Origin: Alphaproteobacteria bacterium
GTDB lineage: Bacteria; Pseudomonadota; Alphaproteobacteria; Bin95
Length of the DNA: 64,000 nucleotides
Direction of reading: 5' to 3'
NCBI GenBank assembly: GCA_022825195.1
Contig: JAJDYL010000101.1
Coordinates: forward strand, 7,740-71,739
This document shows positions 1 through 8,491 of this stretch, piece after piece (within the stretch, counting starts at the first letter, position 1; every line of letters begins with the position of its first letter). The position numbers were made by a program, and so were the translations under genes. The notes beneath the pieces are model-generated. The model ran no database searches. It saw only the letters and a list, made by a program, of their open reading frames with translations, and was not told the DNA's origin.

Positions 1-1047
1 CTGGAGCTGCTGGACGAGAGCTACGAGTTCCGGCGGTCCACGGATTTCATCAGCAGGAATTTCTCCGGCGTGGAAACCTACGAATACTCGCTCAGCGCCG
101 GGCGGGAAGGCGGCGTCACGGATGTCGACTACCTGAAGCGGGTGGACGCATTTGCGGCCTGGTACCGGACGCAGCCGGAAGTCGCCCACGTCTTCGCGAT
201 CTCCGACATCGTGAAGCGCCTGAACAGGAACCTGCATGGCGACGACCCCGACGAGTACCGCCTGCCGGGGGATTCGGACCTCGCCGCGCAATATCTGCTG
301 CTCTACGAATTCTCGCTGCCGGCCGGGCGCGACCTGAACAATCTGATCGACGTCGACCGGTCTTCCACGCGCATGACCGTCGTGTTGAAGAGCCTTTCCA
401 CCGCCGAGAAGATCGCGCTCGACGACCGTGCGCAGGGCTGGTTGCGGCAGAACGCCCCCGGAATGGAAACCGGCGCCACCGGCGTGGCGCTTGTCGGGGC
501 CCATTCGATCCAGAGGAACATAGAAGGCATGCTGCTCGGCACCGTCATCGCGATGGGCCTCGTCTCGCTGCTCCTGCTTCTCGTCTTCAAGAGCGTGCGC
601 CTCGGCGCGATCAGCCTGATACCCAATTTCGTTCCCGCCGCCATGGCGATGGGCCTGTGGGGCTATGTCGTGGGCGAAGTCGGGGTCGCGGCGTCGGTCG
701 TCACCGCGATCGCCTTCGGCATCATCGTGGACGACACCATCCACTTCATGACCAAATATGTTTCGGCCAGGAAGAGCGGGCTGCTGCCGTCGGAATCGGT
801 CCAGTCCGCCTTCCGCTCCGTCGGCCGGGCGCTGCTGGCGACGACGGTGGTGTTCGGGCTCGGATTCATGGTGTTCGCGGCATCGGGGCTGGTGACCAAC
901 CAGGCGCTCGGCCTGCTCGTGGGAATGACGGTCGTCATCGCGCTTCTGGCCGACTTCCTGTTCCTCCCGCCGCTGCTGATGGCGCTCGACCGCGCCGGGG
1001 AGACGAGCGCGGAGATCAGGGAGCGGCTGCGGCGGGAAGCCGGCTAA
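1..1047 (+). CDS. RND-superfamily (MMPL/HpnN-like, COG1033-type) inner-membrane exporter, C-terminal part; 5' end lies outside the window
   Basis: Frame 1 is open from nt 1. The translation shows multiple TM helices and the conserved RND/MMPL C-terminal transmembrane block (GIIVDDTIHFM..., LLADFLFLPPLLMAL). Paired with the LolA-like gene downstream. Confidence 0.75.
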   Translation: MELLDESYEFRRSTDFISRNFSGVETYEYSLSAGREGGVTDVDYLKRVDAFAAWYRTQPEVAHVFAISDIVKRLNRNLHGDDPDEYRLPGDSDLAAQYLLLYEFSLPAGRDLNNLIDVDRSSTRMTVVLKSLSTAEKIALDDRAQGWLRQNAPGMETGATGVALVGAHSIQRNIEGMLLGTVIAMGLVSLLLLLVFKSVRLGAISLIPNFVPAAMAMGLWGYVVGEVGVAASVVTAIAFGIIVDDTIHFMTKYVSARKSGLLPSESVQSAFRSVGRALLATTVVFGLGFMVFAASGLVTNQALGLLVGMTVVIALLADFLFLPPLLMALDRAGETSAEIRERLRREAG

Positions 1048-1124
1048 CCCGGCGTATTATGCTATCCTGCAGGAAAAGGCTTCGGCGGGGCCGTACGCGC
1101 CCCGGCTGCCGACAGGAGGAAACG

Positions 1125-1934
1125 GTGATACGCGCATTTCTCTCCCGCCCGCTGCCTGCGCTTTTCGGGCTCTTGCTTGCGGTCTTCGCCTGGCCGGCAG
1201 GCCTGGCGGCCGAAAGCGCCGAGGAAGCCGGGCTCAGGATCGCGACGGACGCCCGCGAACGGCAAAAGGGCTTCGGCAATTTCATCGCAGGCATGACCAT
1301 GACGCTCCGCAACAAGCGGGGCCAGGAGAGCCGCCGGGAAGTCCGCCTGAAGGTCATAGAGGTCGAGGCGGACGGCGACCGCACCCTGTTCGTGTTCGAC
1401 CGGCCGCGCGATGTCCGGGGAACGGCGTTTCTCGTCCACGCCCACAAGGAGGAGGCCGACGAGCAGTGGCTCTATCTCCCCGCCCTGAAGCGGGTCAAGC
1501 GCATCAGCTCCTCGAACCAGTCGGGTTCCTTCATGGGCAGTGAGTTCTCATACGAGGATCTGGGCACCCCCGAGGTCGAGAAATTCACCTATCGCCATCT
1601 CCGCGACGAAGCCTGCGGCGAACTCGAGTGCGTGGTTCTGGAGCGCGTGCCGACCGACAAGGATTCCGGATATTCCAGCCAGCTTGTCTGGTTCGACCGG
1701 GAGGAGCTGCGCACCCTGCAGATTCAGTTCTTCGACCGCAGGAAGGCCCATCTCAAGACGATGGTAGTGGAAGGCTACAAGAAATATCTCGGCCGCTTCT
1801 GGCGAAGCAGCAAGATCACGATGACCAACCATCTCACGGGAAAGAGCACCGTGCTGGACTGGTCGGACTACGAGTTCGGCACCGATCTCGACCTCGGCGA
1901 TTTCACACGCACGGCGCTGAAGCGGGCGCGGTAG
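1125..1934 (+). CDS. LolA-like outer membrane lipoprotein-sorting protein family (periplasmic hydrophobic-ligand carrier); GTG start
   Basis: AGGAGGA RBS 7 nt upstream of GTG at 1125. N-terminal signal peptide (LPALFGLLLAVFAWPAGLAAES). Central block EQWLYLPALKRVKRISSSNQSGSFMGSEFSYEDL is characteristic of this family, which commonly sits next to COG1033 RND exporters. Confidence 0.7.
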   Translation: MIRAFLSRPLPALFGLLLAVFAWPAGLAAESAEEAGLRIATDARERQKGFGNFIAGMTMTLRNKRGQESRREVRLKVIEVEADGDRTLFVFDRPRDVRGTAFLVHAHKEEADEQWLYLPALKRVKRISSSNQSGSFMGSEFSYEDLGTPEVEKFTYRHLRDEACGELECVVLERVPTDKDSGYSSQLVWFDREELRTLQIQFFDRRKAHLKTMVVEGYKKYLGRFWRSSKITMTNHLTGKSTVLDWSDYEFGTDLDLGDFTRTALKRAR

Positions 1935-1960
1935 CGCCCGGGCCTAACCGGGTTTCCGCG
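1935..1960. terminator. Weak bidirectional hairpin between convergent genes (cccgg-gcctaa-ccggg followed by ttt)
   Basis: Inverted repeat seen directly in the 10-nt gap between the two converging stop codons. T-run is short, so weak. Confidence 0.25.
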
Positions 1961-2969
1961 CAAGCACGAAATACATCGGCGTGAAGATGCCGAGCCGTCC
2001 GGCCTCCGCGAGGGCGCCGGCGGCGAGATTGAGCAGGGCCGAGACCCGGGTTGTGCCGCGCGGCACGAGTCTCAGCCGTTCGAGCAGCCAGAGCGAACCA
2101 TGGGTCACACGGCGGCCGGCGTCGGAGCTGCGGACGCTGGCGAAAGACAGGCCCGAGCCGGTGAGGGGCTGGTACCAGGGGATCCCCGGCGGCGCCTCGG
2201 CAGCCAGGTCGCGGGCCTCGACCAGCTCGAAGCCGGCATCGCGGACGGCGGCGTCCACCTCGTGCGGCCGGGCGATATCGGGCAGACCGCCGCCATGCTC
2301 CATCTCGGCCTTCAGCCGCCGATGGCCGGGATCGGCACCGTCGAACCGGTCTGTCAGGCAATATTCGTATACCGCCATCTGGCCGCCGGGCCGGAGCAGG
2401 CGAAAGGCTTCGCCATAGACGCCCTTCTTGTCCGGCGCGCAGCAGGTCGCCTCGATGGAATAAGCGGCATCGAACGAGGCGTCGGGCGCATCGACCCGCA
2501 TGAAATCGCATTCGATCCAGTCGGCCAGATGGCCGAGCCCCACCTCGTCGCAGCGCCTTGCGGCGCGTTCGAGCTGCAGCGCGTTGTTGTTGACGCCGAC
2601 GATCCGGGCGCCGGAAAAGCGCGCAATCTCGATCAGCGGCCCGCCCACGCCGCACCCCAGATCGACTGCCGTCATGCCCGGCGCCAGGCCGAGACGGTGG
2701 GCGACATAGTGCTCGTGCCGGGCGAGCGAGGCGGCGAAACTTTCGTTGGCGGCGCGCGGCGCGAAATGGAACGACTGGCCCCAACCATATTCGAAGAAAT
2801 CGGTGACCAGGTCGTAATAGGTGTTCTCGAAATTCCGGTAGTCCGTCTTGCGCTCGTCGAGGCTGTCCTGCGCTGCGCCGCCGTAACGGCGGGCATAGTC
2901 CTCGATGCGGGCGGCGACGCAGTCCCCGCCGCTTCCGTCCTTCAGGATGCCGGTAAGCCTGCGCGCCAT
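1944..2969 (-). CDS. Sterol 24-C-methyltransferase (ERG6/SMT family, class I SAM-dependent methyltransferase)
   Basis: 341 aa. Blocks YYDLVTDFFEYGWGQSFHFA, ESFAASLARHEHY, VDLGCGVGGP (SAM motif I), YSIEATCCAP, PWYQPLTG and C-terminal FTPMYFVLARKP are near-identical to motifs I recall from yeast ERG6 and plant SMT1. Confidence 0.9.
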   Translation of the reverse strand: MARRLTGILKDGSGGDCVAARIEDYARRYGGAAQDSLDERKTDYRNFENTYYDLVTDFFEYGWGQSFHFAPRAANESFAASLARHEHYVAHRLGLAPGMTAVDLGCGVGGPLIEIARFSGARIVGVNNNALQLERAARRCDEVGLGHLADWIECDFMRVDAPDASFDAAYSIEATCCAPDKKGVYGEAFRLLRPGGQMAVYEYCLTDRFDGADPGHRRLKAEMEHGGGLPDIARPHEVDAAVRDAGFELVEARDLAAEAPPGIPWYQPLTGSGLSFASVRSSDAGRRVTHGSLWLLERLRLVPRGTTRVSALLNLAAGALAEAGRLGIFTPMYFVLARKPG

Positions 2970-3115
2970 TGCAAGAACTCAACCCTTATGTCCCGCCGCA
3001 CACCCTATAGTCGGCGGTATGTTTTGTCGTCGGTCGATGCAATACCGAAAATGGGGAAATCGGGCGCACCCGATGCAAGCGGCGGCTTCCCGCGGTGGAA
3101 CCGGCAGGCAACCGG

Positions 3116-5143
3116 TCAGACGGGCAGTGCGCGCCTCTGCTCGGCGACGAGGAATTTCAGCTTCCTGCTCGGCTTCATCGACGGCAGCGGACTGAACCGG
3201 AGCCTGTAATCGGCCGGAGACACTTTGAGCGTGAAATAGTGCGCGACCATCAGCACGTTGACCGCCAGTTGCAGGTCCATCCAGCGGGAGCCGAGGCACC
3301 GGTGCGTGCCCAGTCCGTAAGGTGCGTATCCGGGGCTGCGGTGCTCGTTGCGCGGCGGCTGATGGCGGTCGATATCGAATGAGAACGGATCCGGGAAGGT
3401 CTCTTCCATGTAATGCGGTGCCGTCTGGGCGATATGAAGCCGCGTCCCGACCGGCAATTCGTAGCCCTCGACCACGCAGGAATTCATCACGTTCCTGAGG
3501 GACATCGGAACGATCGGGTACATCCGCAGGCACTCGACAAGAAAACGGTGCGTGACGTCCATCGAGGGCGGACCGAAATCCTCGCCGGCCGGATCGCCGC
3601 CGTCGAACAGGACATCGGCTTCGTTCTGGATTCTCTCGTAAAGCTCGGGCTGCGCCGCCATGGCGTAAACCGCGAAGCTGAACGCATCGCCGAGATACAC
3701 GCTGGCGATAAGTGCTGCCGAAAGGGCGAAGCGCAGATTCGATTCCGGCACCAGTTGCGGATCGCTTGCGTGCAGGCTCAGCAAATCGTCCGCAAGGTCC
3801 CGCGGGCAGCCGGCTCGCTGGGCCGGCGTGTGGACGCTCTGGATCCTCGCCAACAGGGTGTCGATGGCCTTCGCCGTGCGCCTCATTCCCGGCGTGTTCA
3901 GCATGAACCTCGGCAGGGCCCCGATTATGTGCGTGGTGAGCGCCCGCTCCTTGTACGCCATCAGGTTATCGAAGAGGTCCTGGGAATCGACGCTCACCGC
4001 GAGAGAAGAGATTTGCGCATTTATCATTCGCCGGCATGTGCGCGTAGCAGGCAGCGCGTCGCCAACCGTCCAGCTTGCCATGAATTTGCGGCCGTGATGG
4101 TAAATCTGGTCCAACTGGCCCGCCAGCCTCTCCCGCGAATAGGCAGGCGACATGGCCTTGCGGAGCCGGAAATGGTCGGTGCCGTCCAGGGACGGCAATA
4201 CACCGGAGGCGCCGTAGATTTTCTCAAAATCGGCGAAATAGTCCCGGGCCCTCAGATATAACCGCCCGTGCCGGTGCACCCAGCGGTTTATCTCGGAACC
4301 GGCAACGAAAATCATCGGTTCCTTGAACGGAGGACAGATCTGAAAAACCGGGCCGTACCGTTCCGCCAGGTCGGCAAAGAGCGCAGGAATGTTGCCGGTG
4401 CGAATATGCGGACTGAGCAGCAGTCTGCGCAAAGAAACTTTTGGAATTTGTTTGGACAGCGTTGAACGCCGGAGAAGAGGATTGGCTATATTGTGTTTGA
4501 CTGCATCGGCTATGGAACGGCTGATCAAGTCCATCATGCAGATATTTCTGATCCGCTCTTCAGCCTCCTCGTCCAGCTCGAATATGAAACGAAAGACATC
4601 GCATGTATCGACGAGTGAAATAATGATGACATCCCTGGGACCGGGAATCAGATCGGTCAAAATGACCTGGCCGATACGCGCCTTGATAAATTGACCTGCG
4701 GTTCCCTCTCGAGGCCTTCCATCTTGATCGGCAAGAATTTTGTTCGAAGCAAGCGTGTAGAACTCGCCATTATGGCGTTCAAGGATGTTCAGAGCGACCA
4801 AGCGGTCCAGAGTTATCTCGATCACGGATTCGGCATGGAGAACGAGCCGCTCAATCCAGTATTGGGCGTCATGTTGTCCGGGCTCGCAGGCGATCCGGTT
4901 GAGAATGGAATCCAGGGCAGGATCGCCGGTTTCCGTAGCGTCCACCAGGTGCAGCGCCTCCATGTCGGTGTCGAGGCGCGAACGGAGGGAGAGTTCCGCA
5001 AGCACGGCGCCGACAACAGCGCAATTCAGGTCCCAGCCGGGCACCTGGTGAAAGTAGCCGTTCTGCTCGTTGAGGAGCACCAGGATGAGTTCGTCGGGCA
5101 AACTCAGCGCCGGCGTCGTCGAAATCGTCTCGGTACCAGCCAT
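3116..5143 (-). CDS. Two-domain protein: N-terminal GPP34/GOLPH3-like domain (about 225 aa) fused to a C-terminal cytochrome P450
   Basis: Start taken at MAGTETIS (ATG preceded by GAGGAGG); the track ORF extends 43 codons further upstream from a TTG. N-terminal part matches the GPP34 pattern (LSLPDELILVLLNEQNGYF...WDLNCAVVGAVLAELSL...GDPALDSILNRIA...AQYWIERL). C-terminal part has P450 ExxR (ECLRMYP) and the heme-thiolate loop YGLGTHRCLG. No canonical AGxD/ETT I-helix threonine is visible. Confidence 0.8.
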   Translation of the reverse strand: MAGTETISTTPALSLPDELILVLLNEQNGYFHQVPGWDLNCAVVGAVLAELSLRSRLDTDMEALHLVDATETGDPALDSILNRIACEPGQHDAQYWIERLVLHAESVIEITLDRLVALNILERHNGEFYTLASNKILADQDGRPREGTAGQFIKARIGQVILTDLIPGPRDVIIISLVDTCDVFRFIFELDEEAEERIRNICMMDLISRSIADAVKHNIANPLLRRSTLSKQIPKVSLRRLLLSPHIRTGNIPALFADLAERYGPVFQICPPFKEPMIFVAGSEINRWVHRHGRLYLRARDYFADFEKIYGASGVLPSLDGTDHFRLRKAMSPAYSRERLAGQLDQIYHHGRKFMASWTVGDALPATRTCRRMINAQISSLAVSVDSQDLFDNLMAYKERALTTHIIGALPRFMLNTPGMRRTAKAIDTLLARIQSVHTPAQRAGCPRDLADDLLSLHASDPQLVPESNLRFALSAALIASVYLGDAFSFAVYAMAAQPELYERIQNEADVLFDGGDPAGEDFGPPSMDVTHRFLVECLRMYPIVPMSLRNVMNSCVVEGYELPVGTRLHIAQTAPHYMEETFPDPFSFDIDRHQPPRNEHRSPGYAPYGLGTHRCLGSRWMDLQLAVNVLMVAHYFTLKVSPADYRLRFSPLPSMKPSRKLKFLVAEQRRALPV

Positions 5144-5387
5144 CAGCCATGGCCTCCTCGTACCCGAAACCGCCCCGTGCCACCGATACGAGGCTCCGGA
5201 GCGGCGGGCATGAGACCCGTGGACACGGCCAGTGAAATGAACATGTTCGGAACAACCGTAATCCCGCGCCAAGGCGAATCCGGAGACATGAGGAGCCGTC
5301 GTCGTTCACCTTACACTGTGGAATGTCGACCAAAGATGGCCGACAGTCAAGTCTGCGGTGTTCCAGCCGGCCTGGACAGTGTTGATT

Positions 5388-6503
5388 CTATTGCTGAAAT
5401 CTGACGCTGCGCCTGCGCGCCGGACTATCGTCCGATGGTGGCGCAATCCGTTCCAGGGGCGGCCGGTGGAATAGTTGACCGTCCGGGTAGAACTGCTCGC
5501 AGTAGCGCCGGAATTTTCCGATCGGGCCGTCCGAGCGGCAGAGCCCCGGGTGGAGCCGGTATCGTTTCCGGCCCCAGATGACCACGTCCTGCAACACATC
5601 GTGTTTCTGGGCCGTCACGATGATCTTGTTCATGAGCCGGGTGCGCAGCCGAACAGGAAGGAATCGCATTCCGACGATCGGCCGCTTAGGCTTCAGCAGC
5701 CGCCGCACCTGGCTCACCAGTGTCATTTCGACCAGCTCGCCGTCGATGGGCGTTGCGAGCACCCATAATCGGGTGTCCATGCCGATATAATGTTCACGAA
5801 CCTCGACATAGGAATATCCGAGGCCGTGCACATGGGTTACGGCGGAAACATCGTAGGTGAAGCACTTCATTCCCAAGGCGGTCTGGGTTCGCCTGAAGTC
5901 GAAGCAACTCTTGAGCCAGGTTCCTTCTACCGATACCGGGCCGACCGCGTTCACGCTGTCATAGCCGTGCACATAGCGCAGATGCCCGAGATCGACGGAA
6001 TTCTCGGTCGTTTCCTGGGGATGCCCCGCAAATCGGACGCGCCGGACTTCCATCTCGCTCCAGTCGCTGTCGTCGGGCGGGGAAGCGGGCAGATCCCACT
6101 GTGGCGGCCGTCCGCCGCTGCCGCGCCAGGCAAAGACGAGACCCAGAATTTCGCGCGTCTCAAACACTCTCAATCTGGCGGACCGGGGCGGCGGCGCGTA
6201 GGGCGTCGCCACGCACTGACCGGTGACGTCATATTCGAACCCATGAAACGGACAGACGAGGCAACCGTTGCGCACCCGGCCTCCCGCCTCGGGCCCCAGA
6301 TCCGCGCCCAGATGGGGGCAGACCGCTACGGCTACGCAAACATCGCCGTTCCCGTTACACCAGACGACAATCCGTTCGCCAAGCCAGGTCTTTTGCAACA
6401 GCTTTTTGTCTTCTATCGTCTGGCGGCTGGCGACGAAATACCAGCCTTCCGGAAATGGAAAAAGCGAGGGAATACCGTCGGGATCGTTCGAACTGATTTG
6501 CAT
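5388..6503 (-). CDS. Rieske [2Fe-2S] non-heme-iron oxygenase, KshA/Neverland/SdmA-like
   Basis: Rieske motif CPHLGADL...(17 aa)...CPFHGFE and mononuclear iron motif D-x2-H-x4-H (DLGHLRYVHG). GGGAGAG RBS upstream of ATG. Confidence 0.85.
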   Translation of the reverse strand: MQISSNDPDGIPSLFPFPEGWYFVASRQTIEDKKLLQKTWLGERIVVWCNGNGDVCVAVAVCPHLGADLGPEAGGRVRNGCLVCPFHGFEYDVTGQCVATPYAPPPRSARLRVFETREILGLVFAWRGSGGRPPQWDLPASPPDDSDWSEMEVRRVRFAGHPQETTENSVDLGHLRYVHGYDSVNAVGPVSVEGTWLKSCFDFRRTQTALGMKCFTYDVSAVTHVHGLGYSYVEVREHYIGMDTRLWVLATPIDGELVEMTLVSQVRRLLKPKRPIVGMRFLPVRLRTRLMNKIIVTAQKHDVLQDVVIWGRKRYRLHPGLCRSDGPIGKFRRYCEQFYPDGQLFHRPPLERIAPPSDDSPARRRSVRFQQ

Positions 6504-6753
6504 GCGATACGGACTCTCCCAGGTCCGGCGGTCGCGGTCTTCCCCAACCGATTAATCGGTCCGGCAGCGAAGGTAATTATATACCTTACAATATCGCGTA
6601 AGGCGCGGCAACGGAAACAGTCAGCGAAGTGGAAACGGCTCCAACCTCAAACCGCATTCGACAACTTCGCGATACCGGCCGGTCGGGATTTCATGTCCGG
6701 CTCGGGCATCTCCGGAAATCCGGGAGCGAAGCCTGCCTGCAGACGGTGGTAGT
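6504..6753. promoter_or_regulatory. Divergent promoter region between the Rieske-P450-SMT operon (minus) and the COG2907 gene (plus)
   Basis: 250-nt AT-richer spacer (attaatcggtccggcagcgaaggtaattatatacc) with a small hairpin ccttac-aatatcgc-gtaagg. No operator consensus recognised. Confidence 0.3.
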
Positions 6754-8145
6754 ATGGGGGCGATGAATGAAACGGCGCAAGCAGCCTTGCCGAGAAGGAT
6801 TGCCATTATCGGCGCAGGCGTCTCCGGACTGGGGGTAGCCTGGGCGCTGCACCGCCATCCGGACCGGTTCGATTTCCGACTGTTCGAAGCCCAGGCCCAA
6901 ATCGGCGGAAACGCCATTACGGTAGATATGCCGCAGGACGACGGCACGTCGGTTCCTTTCGATATTTCGGTCACTGCCTGCATTCCCTCAGTCTATCACC
7001 ATATTGTCCTGCTCATGCAGCAGCACGGCATAGAACTGGTCGATACCAGATTCAGCTACAGCGTAAAGTACCGAGGCGGTATCTACGCTCACGATTTCGA
7101 CTCCGAAATCAGGAGGCAGCTGCAACCGGAAATCGACAAATTCCAGAGGCTCCTGAGATGTTTGAGGCGAGTGGGCACGCTCAACCGGTCCAGGTCCAGA
7201 CTGCTCAATGCTCTCAACCCGTTGAACTATGTCAGCATGGGCGCACTGCTCAATTTGGGCAGATTCTCCGGAGACTTCAGATACAAGATACTCAAGCCTA
7301 TGTTTGTCAATTTCCTGATGGCGACGAATGTATTCGATATGTCCGCTTCCCTGTTTGCCCGCTATTTGGAATTCTTCGATATTGAAACAGCAACCCCTAT
7401 GCAAACCTGGAAACAGGGAACACGGAGAATCTATGAAGAAATTTCAGCAGGTTTTCGGGAAAAGATTTACCTTAGCCGACCGGTTCATAAAGTATACCGC
7501 CATCGGTCAAAAGTGGTTGTAGAGGATGAGGGTGGGAATATGGAAACATTCGACGATGTCGTTCTTGCGTGCAATGCAAATCAGACATTGATGATTCTCG
7601 ACAAACCGTCTTTTTTGGAAAGCAGCCTTCTGTCTTCGGTCCGATACGAAAGCGAGTTGCATAACCACACCGTCGTGCATTCTGACGCGTCCGTCCTTCC
7701 GGATAACGAGGCCAGGCCCCTCGCCACGCGGAGCAACCATATCGAACAGTACGGCACCAGGCCCGACAATTACGAAATCACCTACATCATGCACAATCAG
7801 CAGCCTTGGGCGAAACGGTCGGACAAGCCCTGCCTCGTCACCTACAATCCGATCAGCCCTATCGACGAGGCTAGGATCGTCAGGAAGTGGTGGTTCCAGC
7901 ACATCGTCCACGATGTCCGCCATGTGACGGTTCTGACGCAGCTGTTTCGCTTCATCCAGGGCAGGAGGCGGACATGGCATTGCGGGGCCCACACGCTGAT
8001 CAACAGCCAGGAGACCTGTTTCGTATCCGGCCTTGTCACCGCGGGGCAGCTGGGCGCGGGCTATCCGTTTCAGGACGCTGAGGCACGGCGCTGGTTCAAC
8101 TTTTACGGGCGCATAATGTTCGGCTGGCGCTTCCGGAAGGCCTGA
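6754..8145 (+). CDS. FAD/NAD(P)-binding amine-oxidase-like oxidoreductase, COG2907 family (the family usually found beside cyclopropane-fatty-acid synthase genes)
   Basis: N-terminal Rossmann fold RIAIIGAGVSGLGVAW...FEAQAQIGGNAITV. Overall layout matches COG2907 members as I recall them (VVLACNANQTLMIL, C-terminal WHCGAH...SGL). Confidence 0.7.
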   Translation: MGAMNETAQAALPRRIAIIGAGVSGLGVAWALHRHPDRFDFRLFEAQAQIGGNAITVDMPQDDGTSVPFDISVTACIPSVYHHIVLLMQQHGIELVDTRFSYSVKYRGGIYAHDFDSEIRRQLQPEIDKFQRLLRCLRRVGTLNRSRSRLLNALNPLNYVSMGALLNLGRFSGDFRYKILKPMFVNFLMATNVFDMSASLFARYLEFFDIETATPMQTWKQGTRRIYEEISAGFREKIYLSRPVHKVYRHRSKVVVEDEGGNMETFDDVVLACNANQTLMILDKPSFLESSLLSSVRYESELHNHTVVHSDASVLPDNEARPLATRSNHIEQYGTRPDNYEITYIMHNQQPWAKRSDKPCLVTYNPISPIDEARIVRKWWFQHIVHDVRHVTVLTQLFRFIQGRRRTWHCGAHTLINSQETCFVSGLVTAGQLGAGYPFQDAEARRWFNFYGRIMFGWRFRKA

Positions 8146-8255
8146 ATCCGGCTTGTTCCGCCGCTTGCCATCGACGGCGGGCCTGCTGTATCCAGCCTTC
8201 GGCCCCGGAGGGGTCAGGCAACCGGTCGGATCGGGGAGGGAGCGGGAACAGGGAA

Positions 8256-8331
<76 letters not shown>

Positions 8332-8491
8332 AATCCGGGCGGCTTCTAGCCGCTCTCCACCGGCGGGTCAAGCGAGCGGCCGGGCATTTGGGAAGGGCTT
8401 CAAGGATGCAAGAGACAGCGATCGCCGCGCCGTTTGCCGAACTGCAGGGGGGCAGGAGGGCGGGTTCGGCGCCGGGTACCGGGCGCAGCCG

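Noticed and set aside
3116-5272. Longer 718-aa version of the P450 ORF starting at TTG (MARDYGCSEHV...)
   Set aside because: The first 43 codons lack an RBS and have odd composition. An ATG with a GAGGAGG Shine-Dalgarno at the MAGTETIS position is a much better start and coincides with the beginning of GPP34-domain similarity.
4691-5404. 237-aa plus-strand ORF spanning the P450/Rieske intergenic region
   Set aside because: It overlaps the strongly supported GPP34-P450 gene on the opposite strand. No RBS or motifs.
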